Source of the DNA: Octopus sinensis
Taxonomy: Eukaryota
NCBI RefSeq assembly: GCF_006345805.1
Contig: NC_042998.1
Location: 114,328,001 to 114,392,000 of the forward strand
DNA: 64,000 nt
Direction: 5' to 3'
Under the pieces are notes generated by a model, which was not told the origin of the DNA, did not search any database, and saw nothing but the letters and a program-made list of their open reading frames with translations. A program made the translations under genes and the position numbers. This document shows positions 52,990-64,000 of the stretch, piece after piece; within the stretch, counting starts at the first letter, position 1; every line of letters starts with the position of its first letter.

Positions 52990-53994
52990 AAAATATGACT
53001 GGTAAATGTGGAAGACTGCGTACATAACGAACTCAAGAGTTTAATAAAACCTTGGCTAGTGTCAGTTAGGAACGAGGGAGTATTGACAGAAGGGAAAAAA
53101 TCAAAAGGATAAGTACAAAAAGGACATGAAGAAGCATTACGCAACAAGAGACTACACAATCAATTTCATGTGGCCACAACAGAAGTTCCTTGAAAACATA
53201 AGTGGGATTGGCTGAAGAAGAGAACATTGAAAAAGAGATTGAGAGCACTATACTGGCAGGGCAAGACCGTGCTTTGGTCACGTACTGGAGGGTCAACCTT
53301 CAGAATGAGCAAGTGTCTCTGTTGTGCCTCATCTGTAATAGAGTGGACGAAACCATTGCCTATATCACGAATGAATGCCACAGACTTGCCCCAAACCACT
53401 ACAAGTTGTGGCGACACGACCAGGTAGCGAAATTGCTACACTGGAAACCGTGCGAAAAGTGGGGGCTAGAGAGAGAGAGGCAAGACGTGGTATGAGCACA
53501 AACCACAGAGAGTGGTGGAGTTAGAGACTAGCAAAATCCTCTGGGATTTCCCAATCCAAACAGATCAGGTGCTAGAGCATATCAGACTAGACTTAATGGT
53601 GGTGGACAAGATACACCACATATGCTATATAGTTGATGTTGCGTGGCTCTTTGACCCACGAATAGTCGAGAGAGAAGGCGAAAAGTAGATAAATACAAAC
53701 CACTGAACTACAAAATAGTCCGGCTATGGAAAATGAAGAAGGTGAAGATAATACCAATTATTGCTGAGACATTATCAAAAGGCGTCAAGAGGAAGATAAA
53801 GGAAATCGGAATAGAGTGCCCAGTAGAACTATTACACAAGGATTGTCTCCTTGGCATGGCGAAAATAATCAGAAAAGTATTAGATAGTTAAAAAGAACGG
53901 ATATGGTGGTACCGTAGGCTGCAGGCAGCAAGCCTGTTACGCATGCAAGACTCCGGGAGTTCCAACAAAACCTATGATAAAAAGAAATAATAAT
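52990..53994 (+). mobile_element. R4/Dong-like LINE 3' fragment (zinc knuckle plus REL endonuclease)
   Basis: KRLHNQF..WDWLKK..KKEIESTILAGQDRAL; CLICNRVDETIAYITNEC; RHDQVAKLLHWK; WYEHKP; KILWDFPIQTD..RLD..VDVA..FD; stop at 53889-53891; AAT tail. Confidence 0.9.
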
Positions 53995-54185
53995 CCTTTC
54001 TACAATAGGCCAAAGGCCTGAAATTTTAGCGGGGAGGGGAGAAGTCGATTACATCGACACCAGTGTTTCACTGGTACTTAGTTTATCGACTCCAAAAGGA
54101 TGAAAGGCAAAATTGACCTCAGCGGAATTTGAACTCAGAACGTGAAGTCGGACGAAATGCCGCTAAGTATTTTTTGCTCGGCGTA
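53995..54185 (-). mobile_element. SINE family A copy
   Basis: aagtcgattacatcgac..ctggtacttagtttatcgactcc.aaaggatgaaaggcaaa..cggaatttgaactcagaacg. Confidence 0.85.
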
Positions 54186-54985
54186 TGTCGTCTAGAATTT
54201 ACGAAAGTTGTCATGTTACCATCTCTGTTTGCGATTCTGATGAGGATAATGATGTTAGCCATACTGGTGAGTGTGACGATGATAATGATGATGATGTTGA
54301 TGCTGACGACAACCCCCGCCGTCGACAACACTGATAATGACAATGTTGGCTACAATGGTGACGACGATGACGACAACGACGACGACGAAAACTATGATGA
54401 TGATGATGACGACGACTATGAGGTGATGTCAGCGACGACGAGTAGTAGTAGTAGTGGTGGTGGTGGTGTTGGTGGTAGTGGTAGTAGTAGTGACAGTGGT
54501 CGTGGTTGTGGTGGTTGTGGTGGTGGTGGTGGTGGTGGTAGCAGTAGTAGTAGTGGTGTTTGCAGTAATGGGCACGGTGATGAATATGATGATGATAACG
54601 TGAACGCTGGCTACGGCGCCGATGATGATTTTCAAAGTTGATTGGCGTCATTGAAGGTGGGAGATGTGGGACGAGACGCTGAACGAAGTGAACAGACACA
54701 GACATATAGACACAACAACAACATCAACAACAATAAAAACTTTTGTATATTCTGGCCGTAATTATCAAGTGTCATACATTCTTTTCATTTTGAATTTCGT
54801 TCTTTTTTCCAAAACATTTAACTTGAGATATAGACGATAGACGTTGATTACCCCCACCCTCTCTCTCTCAGTCTATCTTCATGTTTGTGTTTGTGAGTGT
54901 ATATATATATGCATGAATGCATGTATATATATATGTATATATATTTGTGTATGCGTGTGTGTACGTATATACATATATATATATA

Positions 54986-55032
<47 letters not shown>

Positions 55033-55039
55033 TGATTTA

Positions 55040-55074
<35 letters not shown>

Positions 55075-55122
55075 GTATCTATGTATCTATGTATCTAACT
55101 AACTATCTATCTATCTATATAT

Positions 55123-55156
<34 letters not shown>

Positions 55157-55254
55157 ATGAATGATATTATTAGATACCACAGTGCTTGGTCACTTCAAAC
55201 GAACTTTTGCAGGCATGGTGGGGGAGAATGTTAGTAGTAATTTAACTGGCAGAC

Positions 55255-55312
55255 TTTGGTTGATGAGAAATCGGGCACCTATTTGGTACTAAATCTCGAA
55301 ATCGGTACCAAG
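55255..55312 (+). ncRNA. Near-canonical type I hammerhead (C3 to U)
   Basis: UUUGG-UUGAUGA-GAAAU..AUCUC-GAAA-UCGG-UA-CCAAG: 5-bp stem I, GUA triplet, stem III AUCGGU (one change from palindromic ACCGGU). Confidence 0.55.
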
Positions 55313-55509
55313 TTGAGCAGCATTTACTTGTTCTAACCCAGTAGAGGTAAGACATTATTGTTCACTGATATTTTTTCCTATCATGTCTGTAATAGATTTG
55401 CGACTATTCAGTGGTACAGAAGTATTTTTCGACTTCTATTTTTTAGCGATATAGGTAGTCATGTAGTACCCTTGTGTATATATGTACATATCAGATATTG
55501 TATGTATAT

Positions 55510-56470
55510 ATAGTGTATACATGTTAAATTTGACAGCTTGCCTGAAGGAAAAGAAAACATATACCCCATCCCGAAGTAAACATATTTAAAAGAAAAATCC
55601 CCAAATATCAACTAGATTATGGCTGGGAGATATGTTCCACAAAGCATCCGTCCTCAGCTCCCAACACGGCCTCAAAACAGCTCCAAACCAAACTTGGTGC
55701 ATGTGTTCCTCGCTGTGTCGCTGGGAGGATCTTCAGACATTGCTATGAAATTGGTCGCCAGCCCAGCTTTGGTATTACAGAGAGAGAAAAGAAGGAGAGA
55801 GAGAGAGAGAGAGAAAGAGAGAAAGAGAGGGAAAGAGATAGAGAGAAAGACAGAGATAGAAATAGAGATAGAGAGCGATAGAGATAAAGAGAGCGGTTGG
55901 TATCTTGCTCAACCGCGTTGCACACATAGTAATCAATAGGAGTTAACATCGAAGGAATTAGGACGACAGAAATTTGGTCTCTGAAAATCGTATAAATCCT
56001 CCGACAACCAATTCTTACTCTTTTCAGAGATATAGCAAGGAGTGAAATTCTTCTGCCATATATATGACCTTCCAGCAGAAATCCTTTCGAGTCAAGATTA
56101 ACCAGATTCCAACAACTTCACTTTGTTGTTCAAGCAGTGGCAGCTCGTGTATAGGCACTGCGGAACTGCAACACTATTTCCACTCAATATTATCGAAAAC
56201 ATCCAATATAACGAGTCCTCTTTTCTTTAATTCTTTCTTTATACTTTTACATTATATAATCCTTAAGCATAATGTCAGTAGCCATCCCTTAGTTTATGAA
56301 AAAAAACAAAAAACAAAATCCTTGTATAAAACTGTGAGCTTCAGAGTTCCAGCGGTGCGGTGTTTGGCTGTTGTGCGCATGCTCACATGTCCGAGATTTG
56401 GAAGCTTCACGCTTTGGAGAGAGTGCACTATCGTTCACGCAGTGACGACCCTGGTGTGCTATTGAAAAAT
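55510..56470 (-). mobile_element. maT/DD37D-like mariner remnant with internal (GA)n expansion
   Basis: Minus strand AGRSYIWQKNFTPCYISEKSKNWLSEDLYDF.RPN..PNSFDVN(P)IDYYV.NAVEQDTNR, then CNTKA.LATN..EDPPSDTARNTC; TIRs not resolved. Confidence 0.65.
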
Positions 56471-57228
56471 AGTGTTTCTTTTTTACTCCATGCGTGTTGT
56501 GCTTAAAAACGTGTATTTATATTCTTGAATGTGATAAAATGTAGAATTAGATTATTACCCTGCTTCCAGCTACAGGATTTGAAAAATAGAGCAGATTTTC
56601 CCCCTTATGTTTTGATTTAGTGGGGATTTTTGGAAAACAAGGGGGAATTTGCGGCGGTGTTCAGTGAACAAATTAAACACACTATTCGGCAGTAGCTAAA
56701 ATGCGAACCGATCAAGTTTATGTATAAATTTTCTTTTTATATGTTTGTTTCATTTTACACAATATCAAAATAACGCCTAAAAATTTTCTGAAGCAGCAGC
56801 CCCACTAATTTTATCTACGAAGTGCCGCTGCATTCAAGGACCTGTTATATACATATATGTAGGTATAAAAGATTCAAAGCAACAGCACACCAAACATGTA
56901 TTCTCACTATCATCAGCTGCCTGACGTATATAATCATTGATTCGACAGTTGGGCTGCACAGTTCAATCCAGCGATGTGAGCAACATGATTTCTTTATTTA
57001 TTCACCGAAAAACAGACACTACAATTCAATTCTTAAGTGTAGAGTATTCTTTAATATAATATGACTGAAGTGCTCGCAATCACTATATATATAATTTATC
57101 GGGCCGATCCAGTGATCTATGTTTTGGTAATTCTCAAGCCAAAGTGTGTTAATATATAATATATATATAATATATATATTATATATATATAATATAATAT
57201 ATGAGTAGATATATGGTGCAACAAGGCA

Positions 57229-57283
<55 letters not shown>

Positions 57284-57518
57284 GAAAAAAACACCTTTTA
57301 TCCATTCAAAATTAATAATTAAATTACACCATCTAGAAAATTACATATAATAGAAAAGTTAAAATTAAAATAACAATTAAAAAGTAAAGATTAAGTAAAT
57401 TACAAAAATAACATAATGTATATAATATGTTTCATTTACACAATATTATTTTTCTACAATATTGTTTTTCTAACTATTATATTATACATTATATTATTTT
57501 TGTAATTTACTTAATTTA

Positions 57519-57539
57519 ATAATAATAATAATAATAATA

Positions 57540-57574
<35 letters not shown>

Positions 57575-57585
57575 TAATAATAATA

Positions 57586-57655
<70 letters not shown>
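57519..57655. repeat. (AAT)n followed by (TA)n
   Basis: Direct reading; it forms the left flank of the foldback element. Confidence 0.9.
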
Positions 57656-57657
<2 letters not shown>

Positions 57658-57821
57658 AAATTTAAAGGACTGACCACTAAAAGTGGACGGTCAACATGCT
57701 AGATATAGATAACATTTCGCTATTTTCCACAAAGAATATGTTCTCAAATAAATACTCAGCACAAACCAAAGCATTAAAAATAAGCAAGACAAATGAAAAT
57801 ATACGAAATAAAAATGATTAC

Positions 57822-57885
57822 CCATGTACCGATCAGTTTCGATTGTTTATATCCGAAAGGATAAACTGCAATCTCGTCAGCATGG
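57822..57885 (-). ncRNA. Minimal type I hammerhead ribozyme (left arm)
   Basis: CCAUG-CUGACGA-GAUUG..CAAUC-GAAA-CUGAUCG-GUA-CAUGG. Confidence 0.85.
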
Positions 57886-58218
57886 TCTGTCATATAGAAA
57901 TACAATTTGCAGGACTAGATGCAAAAACGTTTGACCGGAGTCTCGCATGCATGGAGTCCAACCGATTATATTTTTGTGTATCTTTCAAATGCCTTCACTT
58001 TGGCGCGCTGAGATCGGAAAAAACTACCCCGCAGCTAATAAGTAGCCGCAGTCAATTTACCGGTTAGAGAACATATTTATTTAATTTAAAATTTAATAAG
58101 CCAAAGTGAAGTCATTTGAAAGATACGCAAAAATATAATCGGTTGGACTCTATGCATACGAGACTCCGGTCAAACGTTTTTGCATCTAGTCCTGCAAATT
58201 GTATTTCTATATGACAGA

Positions 58219-58282
58219 CCATGCTGACGAGATTGCAGTTTATCCTTGCAGATATTAACAATCGAAACTGATCGGTACATGG
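58219..58282 (+). ncRNA. Minimal type I hammerhead ribozyme (right arm)
   Basis: Stem I CCAUG/CAUGG; CUGACGA 58224-58230; stem II GAUUG/CAAUC; GAAA 58264-58267; near-palindromic stem III ACUGAUCGGU; GUA 58275-58277. Confidence 0.85.
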
Positions 58283-59015
58283 GTAATCATTTTTATTTCG
58301 TATATTTTCATTTGTCTTGCTTATTTTTAATGCTTTGGTTTATGCTGAGTTTTTATTTGAGAACATATTCTTTGTGGAAAATAGCGATTTGACGTCTATA
58401 TCTAGCATGTTGACCGTCCACTTTTAGTGGTCAGTCCTTTAAATTTTGTATGTAAAAATATTTTAATCTTCGGATTTTTTTTAATATGCTGGGCCACTGG
58501 TTTTAATTGATTAATATCAATTTCTACCCTTATTAAATTTTAAATTTATATATATATATATGAACATATTCAGTGTGAAATTATCGAAGAAGGAAGCAAG
58601 AAGTTTACAGTGAAAGGCTCAATACATTGTAAAGAATTTATAAAATTACACATACGTAATCTGTTAGATATGTAATGTATGTCATTTGAGGTCACTTCAG
58701 ATGAACACGACATACATCCAAACTCTTCAAATCGGCGCTTCCCAGCCAGAGTCTTTAAAGTTAGTCCTGTGTTCAAAAAGCCTCTCTATGAAATGTATAA
58801 CTTCTCAGTTACATGTTTTTATTCGGTTACACATATATTCTAGTTGACAGACGAAAGGTGATAGCGAATTTGTTGTTAGGTAATAATATCGGCAAGCTGT
58901 GTATAGAGACCTTTCAAAGGTAAGGGTTTCGTAGGCAAATGAATGTGAATACAAGGGAACCATGATCATAAAATATGTGGAAGTTACTGCTTCAAGGTAA
59001 TGCTTCCATACTCCT

Positions 59016-59052
<37 letters not shown>

Positions 59053-59085
59053 TTATGTATTTCAAGCATATGTACATGTACACAT

Positions 59086-59460
59086 GGAGGCGCAATGGCC
59101 CAGTGGTTAGGGCAGCGGACTCGCGGTCGTAGGATCGCGGTTTCGATTCCCAGACCAGGCGTTGTGAGTGTTTATTGAGCGAAAACACCTAAAGCTCCAC
59201 GAGGCTCCGGCAGGGGATGGTGGTGATCCCTGCTGTACTCTTTCACCACAACTTTCTCTCACTCTTTCTTCCTGTTTCTGTTGTACCTGTATTTCAAAGG
59301 GCCGGCCTTGTCACTCTCTGTGTCACGCTGAATATCCCCGAGAACTACGTTAAGGGTACACGTGTCTGTGGAATGCTCAGCCACTTACACGCTAATTTCA
59401 CGAGCAGGCTGTTCCGTTGATCGGATCAACCGGAACCCTCGTCGTCGTAACCGACGGAGT
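59086..59460 (+). mobile_element. Full-length tRNA-derived SINE family C
   Basis: tRNA-like head with A box TGGCCCAGTGG and B-box-like GGTTTCGATTCC; 12-bp TSD ACATGTACACAT at 59074-59085 and 59470-59481. Confidence 0.9.
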
Positions 59461-60601
59461 ACTTCCAAGACATGTACACATACTCAATTCAATACTTAAG
59501 TTACAATGATTTCGAAGTCATTGTAACCCTTCGTGTAAAAATGATATATTAAGACACATACACACAAACGCACTCCTACTCACACACACACACACATCCA
59601 TACACAGACAGACATACACACATATACGCACGCATTTATATATCCTGGATTGCTTGTGAAAAATGACTTTTTGCCCTAACAATTACCACCAGTGCTGCAA
59701 AAAGCTCTCTTGTTACTTAAATGTAATGCAGAATCATATCCTATACAGATATTTTTCTCTTTAGACAAACAAGAACACGACTATGAAAAGCTGACTTGTT
59801 TTGTTTTATGCAGTAATGATCTGAAATCAACTTCCTTGGTTCATGCAACTAGATTCAGACAGACAAATTTAACTGCAAGTTTGAGCATATTTCCAGTATC
59901 TATTGTATTTTCCTTTCTTGCGACTAATTTCAGTTTTGTCTTTTAACGCAATTCTCTTCAAATTGCTTGGGCACATTGAATATATTTCCCTCTACGATGC
60001 TGCTTTCAATTGCAGCCTTCTCTCAACCTTCCATGTGCTTCTTACTTAGATGTTATTTAACGTATTTTCCCCACATCTGCTACAGCGTAAAAGAGCTTCT
60101 ACGCTTACAAGATTCACTAACTCTCAAACTTTAATATCAGTTACAGAGTCTCTTTCTATCTCTAAGTCATGTGCAAAATTTATCGAAGACACTTTCGCTG
60201 AGAGCAATACTGTTATTTAACGTATTTTAATTATAATGTCTAAGTTTTACAGCCTTAGATGCAACAGATAAAATGCCTGTTTTGGAAGCAGATATGTTGG
60301 TATAAGTTTGGAAAGAGATGCTTTAGTATAATTAACCTTTTAGGCTAAATATCTACTAGTTTATCGTTCATAAAATGAAGCATACATATCTATATACTTA
60401 TGTATACAACATAATCGTCGTACACTATCACTAAATCTCAGGCAAACATACATATACGCATGTGCAAAATGCATATTTACAACGATACACTCAAACATGT
60501 ATATGGATACTCGCACGTAACACACACTTTAAACATACAAAATATGCATATATAAAATACCTGTTTACGCGAACATTTTCTCACACATCCACAAATAAAC
60601 A

Positions 60602-60632
<31 letters not shown>

Positions 60633-61072
60633 CGCACGCACACGTGCACATGGACCATCACACATATTAAACAACACCTTCTACCGGGAAACCTTATCAA
60701 ACTTCCGATATCCAAGCAATAATGTTACTCTATCCTCATCAAAAGTGTTTCGAATTAATCTGAAGCGGCACTTTTATGGATGGATGTGGGTTAATTAGTG
60801 AATCGATCACTAATTAACAGTGTTTACAGGTAAATTGATCAGACTTCCACGATTAATTATCGAACAGCCATTTATTGTTGGCTAGGGATTATTTAAATTA
60901 TTTTTCTTAATATATTTTTAACAGGAAGATTAAAATGTTTCTAATGTTTTGCTTTGACTTGAATAGGGTTTATGTTATTTTAATTTTTGCTTCGTTTAAA
61001 TGTTCCATCTTATTGTCGGTGGTCTTATTGCTGCTGTGATCCATCATGTTTTAATTGTTCTATTTCATCATC

Positions 61073-61332
<260 letters not shown>

Positions 61333-61529
61333 GTCTGTCCGTCTAAATGTCTGCCTGTCTTTACCTAACTCTTTCTCTCTTTCCATACACATGCTATTCA
61401 TTTGTGTATGCGTGGTGTTCGTGCGCGCGCGTGTGTGTATAAGGATTTTGTCCTTCACCGTGATTATTCTGCCATTGCACCACTTTAAAATATACAGATA
61501 AATAAATAAATTTATTTAATAATTTCTAA

Positions 61530-62735
61530 TTTAGTCACACGTTCGATAATTTTGAGGGAGAGTATTGATCAATTACACAGACGCCAGCATTTTTCTGGTA
61601 TTAGTTTGTCGAGGTCAGAAAATGAAAGGGAAAGTGACATCAGCGAAATTTGAACTCAGAACATAAAAACCTGGGTCATATACTGCAGGGTACTTTCTCT
61701 GATGCTTTATCGATTCTACCAATCTTTATAACATAGGAGCAAGGTCCCGGACTTATAGCCTATAAGGAGCCAATCCTCAGTGGATGACACTCATTACCAG
61801 CTGAGTGAACAGGGCAGTAATAAATGAATTCCTTGCGAACGCAATGCCTTAACGAACCTGCGACCTTATGGTTGTGCGTCCGACAACTTAACCACTAGGC
61901 TATGCATCTTCAATTGTTATTTCTTTCATAGGTGCAAGGTCAAAATCTTATGGGCGACGGTTTGTTGTTTAAGTTGATGCAAGTACTTCACAGATACTTT
62001 ATATATATCAACTCAAGAAAGGTGGAAGTCAAAATTAACAACAGCAGGATTTGAAATCAGAACGTAAAGAGTCATAACTAAATATTGGTTTTAAATTTGG
62101 CACAAGACAAACACTTTGGGGGAAGGGGTGAAGTCGATTACATTGATCCCAGTGTTCAACTGATATTTATTCTATGGCCTCCGAAAGGGATGAAAAACAA
62201 AATCGATCTCGACGGCATTTGTACTCAGAACGTAAAGACGGACGAAATACCGATAAGCATTTTGCGCGGGGTGATTCGACCAATTCACAATGATAATAAT
62301 AATAAAAATTCTTCCTACTATAAGCACAAAACCTGGAATTTTGAGGAAGGGTGGTTGGTCGATTTCACTGGTGCTAAATTTATCGACTCCGAAAGGATGA
62401 CAGGCAAAGTCGACCTCGGCGAAATTGGAACTCAGAACATGAAGATAGATGAAATACCACAAAGCATTTCGTCCAGCGTACTAGCAATTCTACTAGCTCA
62501 CCGCCTTCTATAATGATAACAATAATGCTTTAAAATTTTGCCACAAGAGCAAACATTTTGGGGAGGAGATGAGTCGATTTCATCGACCCCATTGTTGAAC
62601 GGGTACTTATTTTACCGACCCCGCAAGGACAGAAGGTTAAGTCGACCTCGGCTGAATTTGAACTCAGATCATAGCGACAGGCGAAATACCACCAAGAATT
62701 TTCCCGGCGTGCTAACTATTCTTCCAGCTCGTCCC
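61530..62735 (-). mobile_element. Cluster of about five SINE family A copies in the same orientation
   Basis: Recurrent gaaaggatga.aggcaaagtcgacctcggc.gaatt.gaactcag at about 61620, 62020, 62180, 62390 and 62620. Confidence 0.75.
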
Positions 62736-63348
62736 CTTCTATTATGATAACAATAATACCAATATTAACTAAGGGCAGTGAAATAGTTGTTTTGTTGTTA
62801 TTACTATTAGTGTCATTATATTATATGTCTCAGTTACCTGTTTCATTAAATGTTCAATATTAAAGATAGCAACATATAAATAAAGATAACCCTGAAATAA
62901 GCCATGACAAGCCCGCCTACGTCTGGTGCTTCAATATTCAATAACAGCGAGCTGCCAGCTCTATCAAGACACTTGCCGTCACCCCTGTATGGCTATTGTT
63001 GCAGCAAGTGTCAGAGTTGGCACATACCGACCTCTGATTCATCTCTTAACAATAGCTTCCAGTCAATGGCTCAAATCGACCTTGGCTCTGCGGACGGACA
63101 CACACAGATTCATGTCTGCGCGCGCGCGTACTTACTCACGCGCACACACAAACAATCATACAAAGATGCACACGTATTTGAACACTCACATGTACAAACA
63201 AAAAAATAACACACTCACACTGAACTTCACAGCACACACGCACATACACGCAATGCATACATGTGTGTTTATATATATATATATATATACACACACACAA
63301 CACACACACACACCAACACACATCTCTATATATAATATATATATATAT

Positions 63349-63380
<32 letters not shown>

Positions 63381-63639
63381 ATATCCACATATAAATATAT
63401 ATATATATGTGCGGCGAATGCATACATGTACATAGATATACACACACTATGTCTCTCCCTTTTTCGCTCTGTGTGGTGTGTATAATTTGAATATATATAT
63501 ATATTCAAATTAAAGATGAGAAATCATATAGGTATGACAATGGAAAAGCATTACGATATATATATATTTATAATAAATTATTAGAGAGTTATCCACTATG
63601 TGGATAACTCTAGTGCTAAAAATAGCTCCGAAGCAACCA

Positions 63640-64000
63640 CAGAAGATCTGTTTCCAGATGCATCTGGACACATCTGCATTGATGTGCCTGGTATCATTGG
63701 GAGTTTCGGGTCTTTCAACATAATACACCCTCCTCCAGGTGACCCAGCTAGAGCTGATCAGGCCCCAATTTGTGTCCAGATGGCCAGCTAGCTACCCCAT
63801 GACTCTTCTCTTTTGATCCACAACCATCTTGAGGCCCTCTCTGCCGCTTCGGTGATACTGCGGATGGCCTTCCTTCTTCCCACTCCCTCGATGCCAAAAC
63901 TGCTGAAGGCTCAAGTCAGGGAACGGGCTGCGAAACCTCTGCATCCAGCCTCCACTGGAAGACACCTCATGCTCTAACAAGCCTGCTGGCAGTCACTGAC
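63640..64000 (-). mobile_element. HERO-like non-LTR retrotransposon 3' end, truncated by the window edge
   Basis: MRCLPVEAGCRGFAARSL..FGIEG..RRKAIRSITEAAERASRWLWIKREESW, stop at 63788-63790, then a 3' UTR with gggtcacctggaggagggtgt..gaaagacccgaaac. Confidence 0.8.

Larger units (their letters stand above)
57656..58448. mobile_element. 793-bp TA-flanked foldback element with 349-bp arms, each holding a hammerhead
   Basis: 57656-58004 and 58100-58448 are reverse complements with about 14 mismatches by manual count; 95-bp spacer; TA at 57654-57655 and 58449-58450. Confidence 0.92.

Noticed and set aside
59086-59160. tRNA-like sequence at SINE heads (also 51560-51634, 48540-48600)
   Set aside because: These are SINE 5' domains continuing into SINE bodies; there is no complete cloverleaf, so they are not tRNA genes.
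63690-63760. HERO 3' UTR CUGGAGGA-GGGU..ACCC-GAAA resembling a hammerhead (minus strand)
   Set aside because: The core has an extra base, and there is no stem III or UH site in this copy; it is more likely a different conserved UTR hairpin.

Overview
Repeat-saturated, AT-rich eukaryotic non-coding DNA with a 100-N scaffold gap at 8224-8323. The microsatellite load (TA, TATG, CA, AAT, TATC) and the SINE families suggest an octopus or coleoid cephalopod genome; this is an inference from recalled repeat families, not a database hit. No intact host protein-coding gene is supportable, and nearly all ORFs in the supplied track are translated microsatellites. Recognisable content: a near full-length but broken IR/DR-type Tc1 DD34E transposon (32367-33958), a deleted Tc1, maT/DD37D-like mariner remnants, hAT MITEs, a Helentron/DINE-like element, 3' fragments of REL-endonuclease LINEs (R4/Dong-like x2, HERO-like x2), a Tx1/L1-like 3' end and at least three tRNA-derived SINE families. 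The main observation is a set of unrelated short elements anchored in (TA)n tracts that carry minimal type I hammerhead ribozymes with palindromic stem III, the form known from Penelope-like elements. Three are fully canonical (34164-34234 minus, 57822-57885 minus, 58219-58282 plus). One diverged relative shows compensatory base changes in its stems. Three TA-anchored long foldbacks are present, including a 793-bp one with an intact ribozyme in each arm.
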